64,000 nt of DNA from an uncultured Acidobacteriota bacterium. GTDB taxonomy: Bacteria; Acidobacteriota; Terriglobia; Terriglobales; Acidobacteriaceae. Under the pieces are notes generated by a model. The model did not search any database, was not told where the DNA came from, and worked only from the letters and a program-made list of their open reading frames with translations. Location: positions 427,632 through 491,631 of the forward strand of contig CAVQFB010000002.1 in the NCBI GenBank assembly GCA_963711675.1. The letters are read 5' to 3'. A program made the translations under genes and the position numbers. Below, in pieces: positions 48,421-56,265 of this stretch. How positions within the stretch are numbered: position 1 is the first letter of the stretch; each line of letters starts with the position of its first letter.

Positions 48421-48460
48421 CCAATACGTCATTACGTAATAATATCTGATGACGTATTGG
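48421..48460. promoter_or_regulatory. Perfect 12-bp inverted repeat, candidate AbiEi operator
   Basis: CCAATACGTCAT (48421-32) and ATGACGTATTGG (48449-60) with a 16-nt AT-rich spacer. It begins 11 nt upstream of the AbiEi start codon, in the divergent intergenic region. Confidence 0.5.
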
Positions 48461-48728
48461 CACACTCAATAGTATCCGCGCCGACGCAGGTTGCTGGCAG
48501 AAAAACGAAAAACATTAAGGTAATGTCGTGCCATACTAGCTGTCATATCCTCGTGAAGAATTTGCGTTCGCGTCAAGAAAGTCTACGCATATTCGCCTTT
48601 CATTCGCTATGATTGGTAGTGGCGCACTGACATGACTCGCTAAGCTTGATCGGGACAATGACTTCGGTCATCCCTAGCACGCTTCAGAGCAGGATGAGGA
48701 CTGATCTCAGATTGTTATAATTGCTGGC

Positions 48729-50693
48729 GTGACCGCAAAGAAGCCCAGCGCGAGCGTAGTTCCGGACTCGGCAAGCCCGACTCTGAATTCAGAAAGGCTT
48801 GTGCCAGTGAGTGCGCCATCGGGTGATCCTGATTTTATGCAAGAGTTGTTCCTGCCGATTCACGGTCACATTGAATTGCATCGCGAGGAACTCGCGGTGA
48901 TCGACCACCCATCCTTCCAACGACTCAGACGTGTGAGACAACTCGGACTTGCTCATATGGTGTTTCCAGGCGCAACCCACACACGGTTTGAGCATTGCGT
49001 TGGGGCTGTTCACGTGGCAAAGACGATCGTCGATCACGTGAACAAGAACTTCAAGAATGCCAAAAACGACTCCATCCAATGGAAGATGTGTGGCATTGAC
49101 AATCCTGCCGCAAGATTCATTCGATTGGGGGCTCTCCTTCACGATGTGGGCCACCTTCCATTCGGCCATACTCTCGAGGATGAACTAAACCACCTTCGCT
49201 CGCATGACGGCCCCGAACGACTAAATCGCGTCTCTACAATCCCCTATCCGAATCACGATGTCGACAGAACACTAGTGGATCTCAGCTTGAAACCGGACGG
49301 CGGGTGGACCCTTAAGGCCTTGATTAACGAGCTATATAAGAGCACTGCGAAGGAGTTGGGTCTAGGCAAGCACGATGCTTTCACCATTCTTTCTCACATC
49401 GTTTGTAAACCGCCAAAGAAGGAGTCCGAGAAGGCGGTCTGGATCAGTACCACCGCGAGTATTGCAGAGAATTTCCCCCTGCGCGTTTGCCAAGACATAG
49501 TGGGCAATACGATCTGCGCCGACTTTCTCGACTACCTTCACAGGGACTGGTATCACCTAGGCAAACCCTTATATTTCGACGAGCGACTTTATCAGTACAT
49601 GGAAGTCAGGCAGCGGCTGAGTCCAGTCGATGGTGATGCCGCGCCAAGATTCGTCATCAATGTGCGTGCTACGGAGAAGATCCGTCACGATGCCCTCACC
49701 GATATTCTCGAACTTTTGAACGCGCGGTACAAGCTTGCCGAAACTGTGTTGTTCCACCGAACAAAATTAGCCCTCACTGGATTGCTGGATCGCTCTTTGC
49801 TGGAAATCGGCGATCTCTATGAGAAAGTGGGCTTAAGATTCGAGAAACTCGCTGAATCGGCTGAGTCACTACTGCTGGAGGCGTCAGACGACGGCTTGCC
49901 TCTACTTCTCAAAGAACTTGCGAATGGGACCGAGAAGTCGGATCGAACAATAATCCAAGCGGCAATAGCGGAAGAGACTCGGGAAATCCAAATGGAGGTC
50001 GCTCCGCAGGCTTCGTTCGAGGAAGGAACCCCGAGCGGGAAACTTGGTTCCCAAAAGGATTTGGCCCTGCGTCTGATTGAGAGACTTCGCGACCGTGAAG
50101 TGTATACGCTTGCGTGCAAACTAAGGATGGCTGATTTTCCGGGCGCGCACTTGCCGGGAAATCCTCGGCTCCAGAAGGTCCTCGATATTTACAGAGTTCC
50201 AAAGAACAGATTAGCGTATCTGCGAATGATGGAAGCACGGTGCGGGCTTCCTTGGGGTTCTCTGGTCATGAATTGCCCACCGGACGCGACGATGAATGCG
50301 AAGGTCGCGAAAGTAAACCTCTTTATTGAGGATGAAGTCAGCCCGTTCGACAAGTATGAAGAACAAGGCGAGGCTAACCTGACGCGGGGAGCCCTTACCG
50401 CGCAAATTAAGCGGTTTTACGAGTTGTGGGCGGCGATCATCTATATTGACCGTAGAGTTTGGGATGCCCTATCAGAGGGTGAGCGCAAGAATCTGAGGTC
50501 TGTTTTGAAGACGTTCTTTTTCCTAGAGCCAGGTGCGGACCCCAGTGTCGTCCGGGCTCAAATGGAGCCCTCGCTCGACATTCTGAGGAAGCGAAGAGCG
50601 TCTCGGAGCGGGACGACAAGTGTGGACGAAGAACAATACCGTGGTTTGTTTTTCCCCAGTGGACTTTCGTTTGATAATCCCACTATTAAGTGA
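48729..50693 (+). CDS. SAMHD1/dGTPase-like HD-domain phosphohydrolase with a long uncharacterised C-terminal region (start 48729 GTG or 48837 ATG)
   Basis: FQRLRRVRQLGLAHMVFPGATHTRFEHCVGA, LLHDVGHLPFGH and DFLDYLHRDWYHLG together form the H..HD..D metal-ligand set of dNTP triphosphohydrolase-type HD proteins. Confidence 0.85.
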   Translation: MTAKKPSASVVPDSASPTLNSERLVPVSAPSGDPDFMQELFLPIHGHIELHREELAVIDHPSFQRLRRVRQLGLAHMVFPGATHTRFEHCVGAVHVAKTIVDHVNKNFKNAKNDSIQWKMCGIDNPAARFIRLGALLHDVGHLPFGHTLEDELNHLRSHDGPERLNRVSTIPYPNHDVDRTLVDLSLKPDGGWTLKALINELYKSTAKELGLGKHDAFTILSHIVCKPPKKESEKAVWISTTASIAENFPLRVCQDIVGNTICADFLDYLHRDWYHLGKPLYFDERLYQYMEVRQRLSPVDGDAAPRFVINVRATEKIRHDALTDILELLNARYKLAETVLFHRTKLALTGLLDRSLLEIGDLYEKVGLRFEKLAESAESLLLEASDDGLPLLLKELANGTEKSDRTIIQAAIAEETREIQMEVAPQASFEEGTPSGKLGSQKDLALRLIERLRDREVYTLACKLRMADFPGAHLPGNPRLQKVLDIYRVPKNRLAYLRMMEARCGLPWGSLVMNCPPDATMNAKVAKVNLFIEDEVSPFDKYEEQGEANLTRGALTAQIKRFYELWAAIIYIDRRVWDALSEGERKNLRSVLKTFFFLEPGADPSVVRAQMEPSLDILRKRRASRSGTTSVDEEQYRGLFFPSGLSFDNPTIK

Positions 50694-51587
50694 GTGCTTC
50701 CCTTGTCCCAACAGCGTGATCTGAAGAGCGAACTGTCGTCTGTCGCGACTTCACTTCGTCCGCTCGGGAAGCCGTTTGTGTCCGTCTTGGAACTTGCCAA
50801 TGATCTTGGAACGGCGGTGTCTCTCCGACTGCAGAACGCTCGAAGCAATAACACTGCCCAGATCGATCTCTGGACTAACCCCGCGAAAATCGTTGTTCAT
50901 CGGTTCAGCAAGCTAGAAGGTGAGAGGGAGTTGAAGGGCCAGGACGAGGGCCTGCTGAATTCTCGCGAAAGATTTTCGGTAGCTCACGAACTCGGACATT
51001 GGGTTCTTTTCAATCGCTTTCAGATTGGGCCGGAATCTGAGAGGCGTCCTTATTGGGAACAGGAAGAAGTGATAAACGCCTTTGCAGGTCAGCTGCTTGT
51101 GCCAGACTGGCTTGCAAAAAACTGGCTGGAGAGTACACCGAAACACCTACCCATCCCTCCCTTCGCGTTACGATCGTGGGCCGAGGATTGCCGCGTGTCA
51201 GAAGAGGTCGCTGCAAAAGCACTGGTGCGGCAGAGAAGTTTCATCGGTTTTCTCAGATTGGTCACGACTCGGAGAAAGCGTGATCAGACACGTGTACTTC
51301 AAGTTCTTTCATGTGCCAAGGGAGATGCATTGGAGCTGCCAAGCCAGCGTTCTCACATAGAGAATGCAAAGCTTTTCGAGATGTTAACGAATAGCACCGT
51401 TGGGTCCGGCTGGATTGAGCAGGTCAGTTTGGCGCGATGTGCACCTCAGGACCTTGGAATTGCTTGGCGTTACGCGAACAAGTGGCGTTCTGAAAATACG
51501 ATTTGGCTTTCACTCATTCGTGGAAGGAACACCGAGCTCGACCTCTATGGTGGTTCTCTCTTCAGCCACGCGAACGCGAAAATCTAG
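50694..51587 (+). CDS. ImmA/IrrE-family (DUF955, M78-like) zinc metallopeptidase domain protein
   Basis: GTG 50694 directly follows the TGA of the HD gene. HEXXH (VAHELGHW) plus the downstream EEVINAFAGQLLVP motif. Confidence 0.8.
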   Translation: MLPLSQQRDLKSELSSVATSLRPLGKPFVSVLELANDLGTAVSLRLQNARSNNTAQIDLWTNPAKIVVHRFSKLEGERELKGQDEGLLNSRERFSVAHELGHWVLFNRFQIGPESERRPYWEQEEVINAFAGQLLVPDWLAKNWLESTPKHLPIPPFALRSWAEDCRVSEEVAAKALVRQRSFIGFLRLVTTRRKRDQTRVLQVLSCAKGDALELPSQRSHIENAKLFEMLTNSTVGSGWIEQVSLARCAPQDLGIAWRYANKWRSENTIWLSLIRGRNTELDLYGGSLFSHANAKI

Positions 51588-51668
51588 CCATCGTCATCCT
51601 GCTTCGATTGAGGATTGAGGCGAGTTTCCTCGCGTGAGTGCCAAGCGGGTCACTGCCCGAGTAAAATG

Positions 51669-52004
51669 TGGTGCGGGCGGAGGGACTCAAACCCTCATGG
51701 GCCGTTTAAGCCCTGCGGATTTTCGTACCGTCTACGGCTTTCGCCGCCCGGGCTTGGACCTCTTTTGGAGGGCTCACGCCAGGTTTGCGGTCTGGACTAT
51801 CCCTTCACCGTCCTCCGGAAAAGTCCGAAGCTTAGGTGCTGCCCGTCTTGTCTCTACACCTTCCCGGCTGGTGTTTCTCCGGGCTCGGCTCGGGGTTGCC
51901 ATTTAAGGGCTCCCCGAATTTGAGCAGTTCTGCATCGCTGGTTTCCCAGACGAGCACTCAAGTTTTCCTTAGGTCCACTGCGTATGCCATTCCGCCACGC
52001 CCGT
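51669..52004 (-). tRNA. tRNA-Leu(UAA)-like gene interrupted by a group I intron (exons 52004..51971 and 51723..51669)
   Basis: The joined exons fold as a class II tRNA: acceptor, GCGGAATGGCATACGC D-arm, GUGGA/UCCGC anticodon stem, loop CCU|AAAA, 18-nt variable arm, GAGGG/CCCUC T-stem and encoded ACCA. The 3' exon closely resembles my recollection of the cyanobacterial tRNA-Leu(UAA) 3' exon. Confidence 0.8.
51724..51970 (-). ncRNA. Group I (IC3-like) self-splicing intron, 247 nt, no ORF
   Basis: Inserted after U34 of the anticodon. P1 can form with a U.G pair at the 5' splice site (CCU|AAG with CUUGAG), and the intron ends in G. Core blocks GGGAAACC, UCAAAUUCGG, AUGGCAACCCCGAGCCGAGCC, GGAAGGUGUAGAGACAAGACGG and CACCUAAGC match the tRNA-Leu/Azoarcus-type introns as I remember them. 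Confidence 0.8.
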
Positions 52005-52112
52005 GCGCGGCTCTCTGACTGCATTTCTATCATAGGGCAGATTCGCCGCGATTTATACTCCACGTGATTTACAGATTTTCGCGAAATCGCTCGCATAGAA
52101 CGAGGGACGAAG

Positions 52113-53363
52113 ATGGCGGAACAACACACGATCCTTGGCGGAAAAGTTTACGTCTACAAGCGGCCGAACAGCAGCCGCTGGCAATGCTCAAGCTTCTTCG
52201 CGGGCAAGAATCGTCGCACCAGCACGAAGGAAGAGAGCCTCGCCAAAGCCAAGGACGTCGCCGAGGACTGGTATCTACAGCTTCGGGGAAAACTTCTCAC
52301 TGGAGAGCTCAAAGCCGAAAAGACCTTTCGCGAGGTGTCTGAACAATTTTTACGCGAATGCGAGATCATGACGCGTGGAGAACGTAGCAAGCAATACGTG
52401 AAGGGCCAGTATTTGCGGTCGAGCGTTCACTTGGTGCCCTTCTTCGGAAACATGGACATCTCGAAGATCACCACGGGAAAAATCGTGGATTATCGAGTTC
52501 ACAGACACCAACAAGCAATTGCGAAACGCGGCAAGCCGCCGGCACACAGCACCATGCACCACGAAATCGTGACGCTGCGCCAGACCTTGAAGACCGCGCT
52601 GTGCCACGGATGGCTCGACCGGCTTCCAGATTTCTCTGAGCCGTACCGGCGATCATCGAAAGTCTCCTACCGGGCATGGTTTTCGCCAGAAGAATACGAG
52701 AAACTCTGTGAAGCGACTCGAAAACGCGCACTTGAGCCGAAGAAAAAGGGCTTCAAATGGCAAGCGGAGCAACTGCATGACTATGTCCTCTTCGCGGGCA
52801 ATACCGGGCTGCGGCCTGATGAGGCACGGCGCCTTGAGTTCCGTGATGTCGAGATCGTTGACGACGAGCCTTCGGGCGAGACGATTCTCGAGATTGAAGT
52901 GCGCGGAAAACGCGGATTCGGATATTGCAAGAGTATGCCCGATGCAGTGAGTCCATTTGAGCGACTTAGAAGCAGGCTCCGTCCGAGGCGCGTTGACGGC
53001 GTGCGTGCCCCCACCGAAGTGTCCGACAATTCTGATGTCCGGGGGAAGGAATGGCGCACGCCCGAACCGACCGACCTCATTTTTCCCAAATGGCAGAGCG
53101 AGCTCTTCAAGACCATCACTGAGGAGGAGAATCTTCGGTTCGACAGAGACGGCCGACCACGTACGGCGTACAGCCTACGGCACACGTATATCAGCATGCG
53201 GTTGATGGAGGGAGCCAACATCTATCAAATCGCTAAGAACTGTCGCACGAGTGTCGGAATGATCGAGAAATATTACGGGGTGCATGTCAAGAACTCGCTC
53301 AACGCCGCTGCCATCAATGTGGTCCGCTCGGGTAAAGACGAGATGGCGGAAGAAGAGGTATGA
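52113..53363 (+). CDS. Tyrosine-type site-specific integrase (second)
   Basis: C-terminal catalytic region (GLRPDEARRLEFRDV ... AYSLRHTYISMRL ... IAKNCRTSVGMIEKYYG); GAGGGA RBS. Confidence 0.9.
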   Translation: MAEQHTILGGKVYVYKRPNSSRWQCSSFFAGKNRRTSTKEESLAKAKDVAEDWYLQLRGKLLTGELKAEKTFREVSEQFLRECEIMTRGERSKQYVKGQYLRSSVHLVPFFGNMDISKITTGKIVDYRVHRHQQAIAKRGKPPAHSTMHHEIVTLRQTLKTALCHGWLDRLPDFSEPYRRSSKVSYRAWFSPEEYEKLCEATRKRALEPKKKGFKWQAEQLHDYVLFAGNTGLRPDEARRLEFRDVEIVDDEPSGETILEIEVRGKRGFGYCKSMPDAVSPFERLRSRLRPRRVDGVRAPTEVSDNSDVRGKEWRTPEPTDLIFPKWQSELFKTITEEENLRFDRDGRPRTAYSLRHTYISMRLMEGANIYQIAKNCRTSVGMIEKYYGVHVKNSLNAAAINVVRSGKDEMAEEEV

Positions 53364-53438
53364 GCGCAACAACAGCATTGCCCGTCTTTCTTCCGAAATC
53401 GTGCTTGCTTGCTCCCCCGATAGCGGTATCAACACCCA

Positions 53439-53490
53439 GTATATTAGGTTATTTTGATGCATTACGCGTAAAAGCCTCGTATATTAGGTT
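53439..53490. promoter_or_regulatory. Two 12-bp direct repeats (GTATATTAGGTT) upstream of the XRE gene, candidate operator
   Basis: Copies at 53439-50 and 53479-90. The second ends 1 nt before ATG 53492. Confidence 0.4.
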
Positions 53491-53491
53491 T

Positions 53492-53770
53492 ATGTTGCCC
53501 CTGTTCTCACTAGGCGAGCAGATCGCCATCAAGCGCAAAGAACTCGGCCTGACGAAGCCCACGCTTGCAAAAAAAGCCAGGGTCGGACTCTCCACGCTCG
53601 ACGCCCTGGAAAACGGACGGATGGGCGAACTGGGATATTCCAAGATCACCAATATTCTCGCGGCGCTGGGGCTGGAGCTGAAGCTTCAGCAAGCAAGCGC
53701 GAGCCGGCCGACGCTTGAAGAACTCATGGAAGAGGCACGGGATGATGATGGTCTGGACCGACGCCGCTGA
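53492..53770 (+). CDS. XRE-family helix-turn-helix transcriptional regulator (HipB-like)
   Basis: LGEQIAIKRKELGLTKPTLAKKARVGLSTLDALENG is an HTH_XRE pattern. Start chosen at ATG 53492. Confidence 0.75.
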   Translation: MLPLFSLGEQIAIKRKELGLTKPTLAKKARVGLSTLDALENGRMGELGYSKITNILAALGLELKLQQASASRPTLEELMEEARDDDGLDRRR

Positions 53771-53915
53771 GGCGGGAATACTCGAACGCATAGAGGCTGC
53801 GATTGCGGACACCTCAAAGGAACTGCACGCCTACATTAAAGCGCACGCGGAATTCATTGAGATAGGCAATCGCATGCTCCAGCAATGGGAGCAAGGTGTC
53901 GCGCTTTCGCTTTAG
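53742..53915 (+). CDS. Possible small ORF overlapping the XRE gene end
   Basis: ORF only (MMMVWTDAAEAGILERIE...). Confidence 0.25.
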   Translation: MMMVWTDAAEAGILERIEAAIADTSKELHAYIKAHAEFIEIGNRMLQQWEQGVALSL

Positions 53916-54328
53916 GTGCATTCCAAAAGGTTGCTTTCCTCGTTCCTCCGGGTGTACCGATTATTGTCGAGAGTTGGTACGAGATACAACGAACGGCTAT
54001 GACATTTTGGGAATGTCCAAGGACCCAGACCTTGCCTCCCAGCATTGGACCCGCGCTTCGAAACGTTGATTGGCAAGGCGCGCGAAGGTTCTGCTGCGAA
54101 GTAGAGATAATCAACGTTGGAAATGGTGAGTCGCTCGTCAGTTTCCCTTTGTGCTCACATCCACCACCGAACTCAGCGAGGAATCCTGATCTAGCGACCA
54201 AAGGGGTTAGCAAGCATGTAGTGACCTGACCCCATTGTTCGTTCAAATCGTATTCCAAATTGGGACGAATTTAGGGGGCAGGTCCGGTTGGAAAGGGCCG
54301 ACCAGGCTGAGGTCGGCCTATCCATTTT

Positions 54329-54775
54329 TCACCGACTCTTGAACCAAGTAACAATCAAATCGGGACGTTGCGCTAGAGCCTGCTGGACGGGCCCATTGTG
54401 TATCTGGGAGCAGAGTGCTGTATTCACCGCTGCGTTCACGAAGCCCATACGAAAAGCCGCTTGAGCGGCGTTCATCATGTTCGTGCGATCCCAGACATTT
54501 CCTAGAACCTGGTACTCGAATGGGACGTTCGGGAGCGATATCCCAGAGATCCCTTGCAGGGCGTTGACTCCGCACAGGCCGCCCTCATTGAAGCCGTGGT
54601 CCCCAGCGGACCAATCGAGATTGGCTTTCACAAAGCCGTAGTCCTGCGCGTTTGCTTGGCTGATCGTCAATGCCGCGCCCAGCAAGAGGGCAGCGAGAAC
54701 CATTGCTTTCTTGAGTAAGACCCCGCTAACGAACCGTTGTAAGGAAACTGATCGAAATCCTTTGCAGTTGTTCAT
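54329..54775 (-). CDS. Small secreted hypothetical protein
   Basis: ATG 54775 is preceded by GGAGGA. Signal peptide ...KKAMVLAALLLGAALTISQANAQD. Confidence 0.55.
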   Translation of the reverse strand: MNNCKGFRSVSLQRFVSGVLLKKAMVLAALLLGAALTISQANAQDYGFVKANLDWSAGDHGFNEGGLCGVNALQGISGISLPNVPFEYQVLGNVWDRTNMMNAAQAAFRMGFVNAAVNTALCSQIHNGPVQQALAQRPDLIVTWFKSR

Positions 54776-54912
54776 TTCATCCTCCGATAGTTGATTAGCT
54801 GGTTTGTTCTCAAGAGGCGACGACCAAGTTCGCACGTCCTCAGGGGCTCGGTTGATCGCGAGCCGTGAATTTGAGATTGTGGACGTCCGGCTTTCGGCCA
54901 AATAATTATTCT

Positions 54913-56020
54913 TCACTTTGCTTGCGTCTTTGCGGCCGGCGCGTTCAGAGTTTTAGGAGCCTCCGTCGAGGCGGGGGATAACTCCCAATTGACGGAGAAT
55001 TGACCCGTGCGCAAATCGGTTTCGACTGGTTTTCCCTTACACTTTTCATTGCGCCTGACGAACACAAACTTCTGAAGTGATCCGTGCGACGCAACTTGTT
55101 CAGTGGATCCGAAGCTCTGCGAGGTCAGGTTTTGAAGCTGTTCCGCTGACATGTCAACGAGCAACTCCTTGGACGCCGTTGTGAAACCTCCTCCCAAGAT
55201 GGCAACGGCTTGAGTGAAGCCGGAGCGAAAAGAAAGGTTGGATTGCGCTCCCGAGTGTGGCGAGAGCCTGGACCGTATTGAAATAGATCGCCCTTCGACC
55301 CGTTAGCTTGCGGTCAGCAGAGAAAATGCTAGTGACGTGATCGAGGGAAAAAGCAACAAGGGATCCCTCTTCCGTACAGGCGTCGTCCGGGGGCTGCGCG
55401 GCTTGGTGGTCGGTTACGACGCTTATGCCGCCCAATGGAACGACGATTGCCATGGGACACTCGTTGACGATAGAAAGCTGGATCGCGTAGAAGTTTTTAG
55501 CCACCCCGTTTCCATACTTATTTCCAGCTTGGCTCTTCGGAACAATCTGTGGAGCGAGCTTCACTTGTGATTTGAATTCGCAGGCCAGCGTTCCGGTTTC
55601 GAACGTAACGAAACTAGAGCCAGCCGATAAGGCCACCTCCTGCAGTGTGTAGTTCGAAGGGGCTGTGAATTGGGCAAGTATTTTCGAGTTGTCCAGTGAG
55701 CGCGATAATGCCGGGATTGGGTTTGGAGTGACGCCCACCGCAGGGAGTACCGCTATATGGACACTGTTCATGTCCGTGATGCCGGCGAAACCAGAACCCG
55801 TGATCTCAAGGACGAAATCCTGCGTTGCGCCTTGAGACGTGTTTTGGGTCGCTGCTTGTGGGTACACGGCTACCGATGAAATCTTCGGTTCAGTCGCGGC
55901 CGGTTGTGCAGCTGCCGCCTGTGGCTCCGGAGCCGTGGCTTGCGACGCTAACGATGTCGTCAGAGTAAGAATGGAAACGAACACTAAGACGCTGATACCT
56001 GAAATTCGAAAGACCGGCAC
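54913..56020 (-). pseudogene. Secreted hypothetical protein gene split by a frameshift near 55226-55236
   Basis: ORF 55154..56020 (signal peptide, IPT-like N-terminus) and ORF 54913..55197 join as ...AIQPFF/RSGFTQAVAILGGGFTTASKELL... if one nt is added or removed in the run GCGAAAAGAAAGG. Confidence 0.6.
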
Positions 56021-56265
56021 ATATCCTCCTCACATTCTTGAAGTTGACCTTTGTACCTAGACGACCGAAGCACCAACCTGTCCGCTCTCTTGGTAGCGCA
56101 AAAGTTTCTTAAATGGCGTCCAGGCCGTTCTTGTTCCTCTGTCTGTAGGAGACGACAGATAGCCGCGAAATCCTTTTTCAAATGGTGAATGACGGTAATT
56201 CATGGCAGACAACAACGGATAGCGTTGCTTCATGTAGAATTCGGGCACCCTGGTCGTGAGGTTCT

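Larger units (their letters stand above)
40050..51668. mobile_element. Integrase-associated genomic (defence) island inserted at the 3' end of tRNA-fMet; right boundary uncertain
   Basis: tRNA, then int/xis immediately downstream. The cargo is restriction, abortive-infection and nucleotide-hydrolase type genes with one frameshifted gene. The next core-like landmark is tRNA-Leu at 51669. Confidence 0.7.

Noticed and set aside
51669-52004. tmRNA (ssrA) next to an integrase
   Set aside because: I first considered this because of the TGGTGCGGGCGGAGGGACT.. 3' end and the roughly 340-nt size. However, the 5' end is a tRNA-Leu D-arm rather than a tmRNA acceptor. There is no tag-peptide reading frame or resume codon context, and the interior matches group I intron core blocks.
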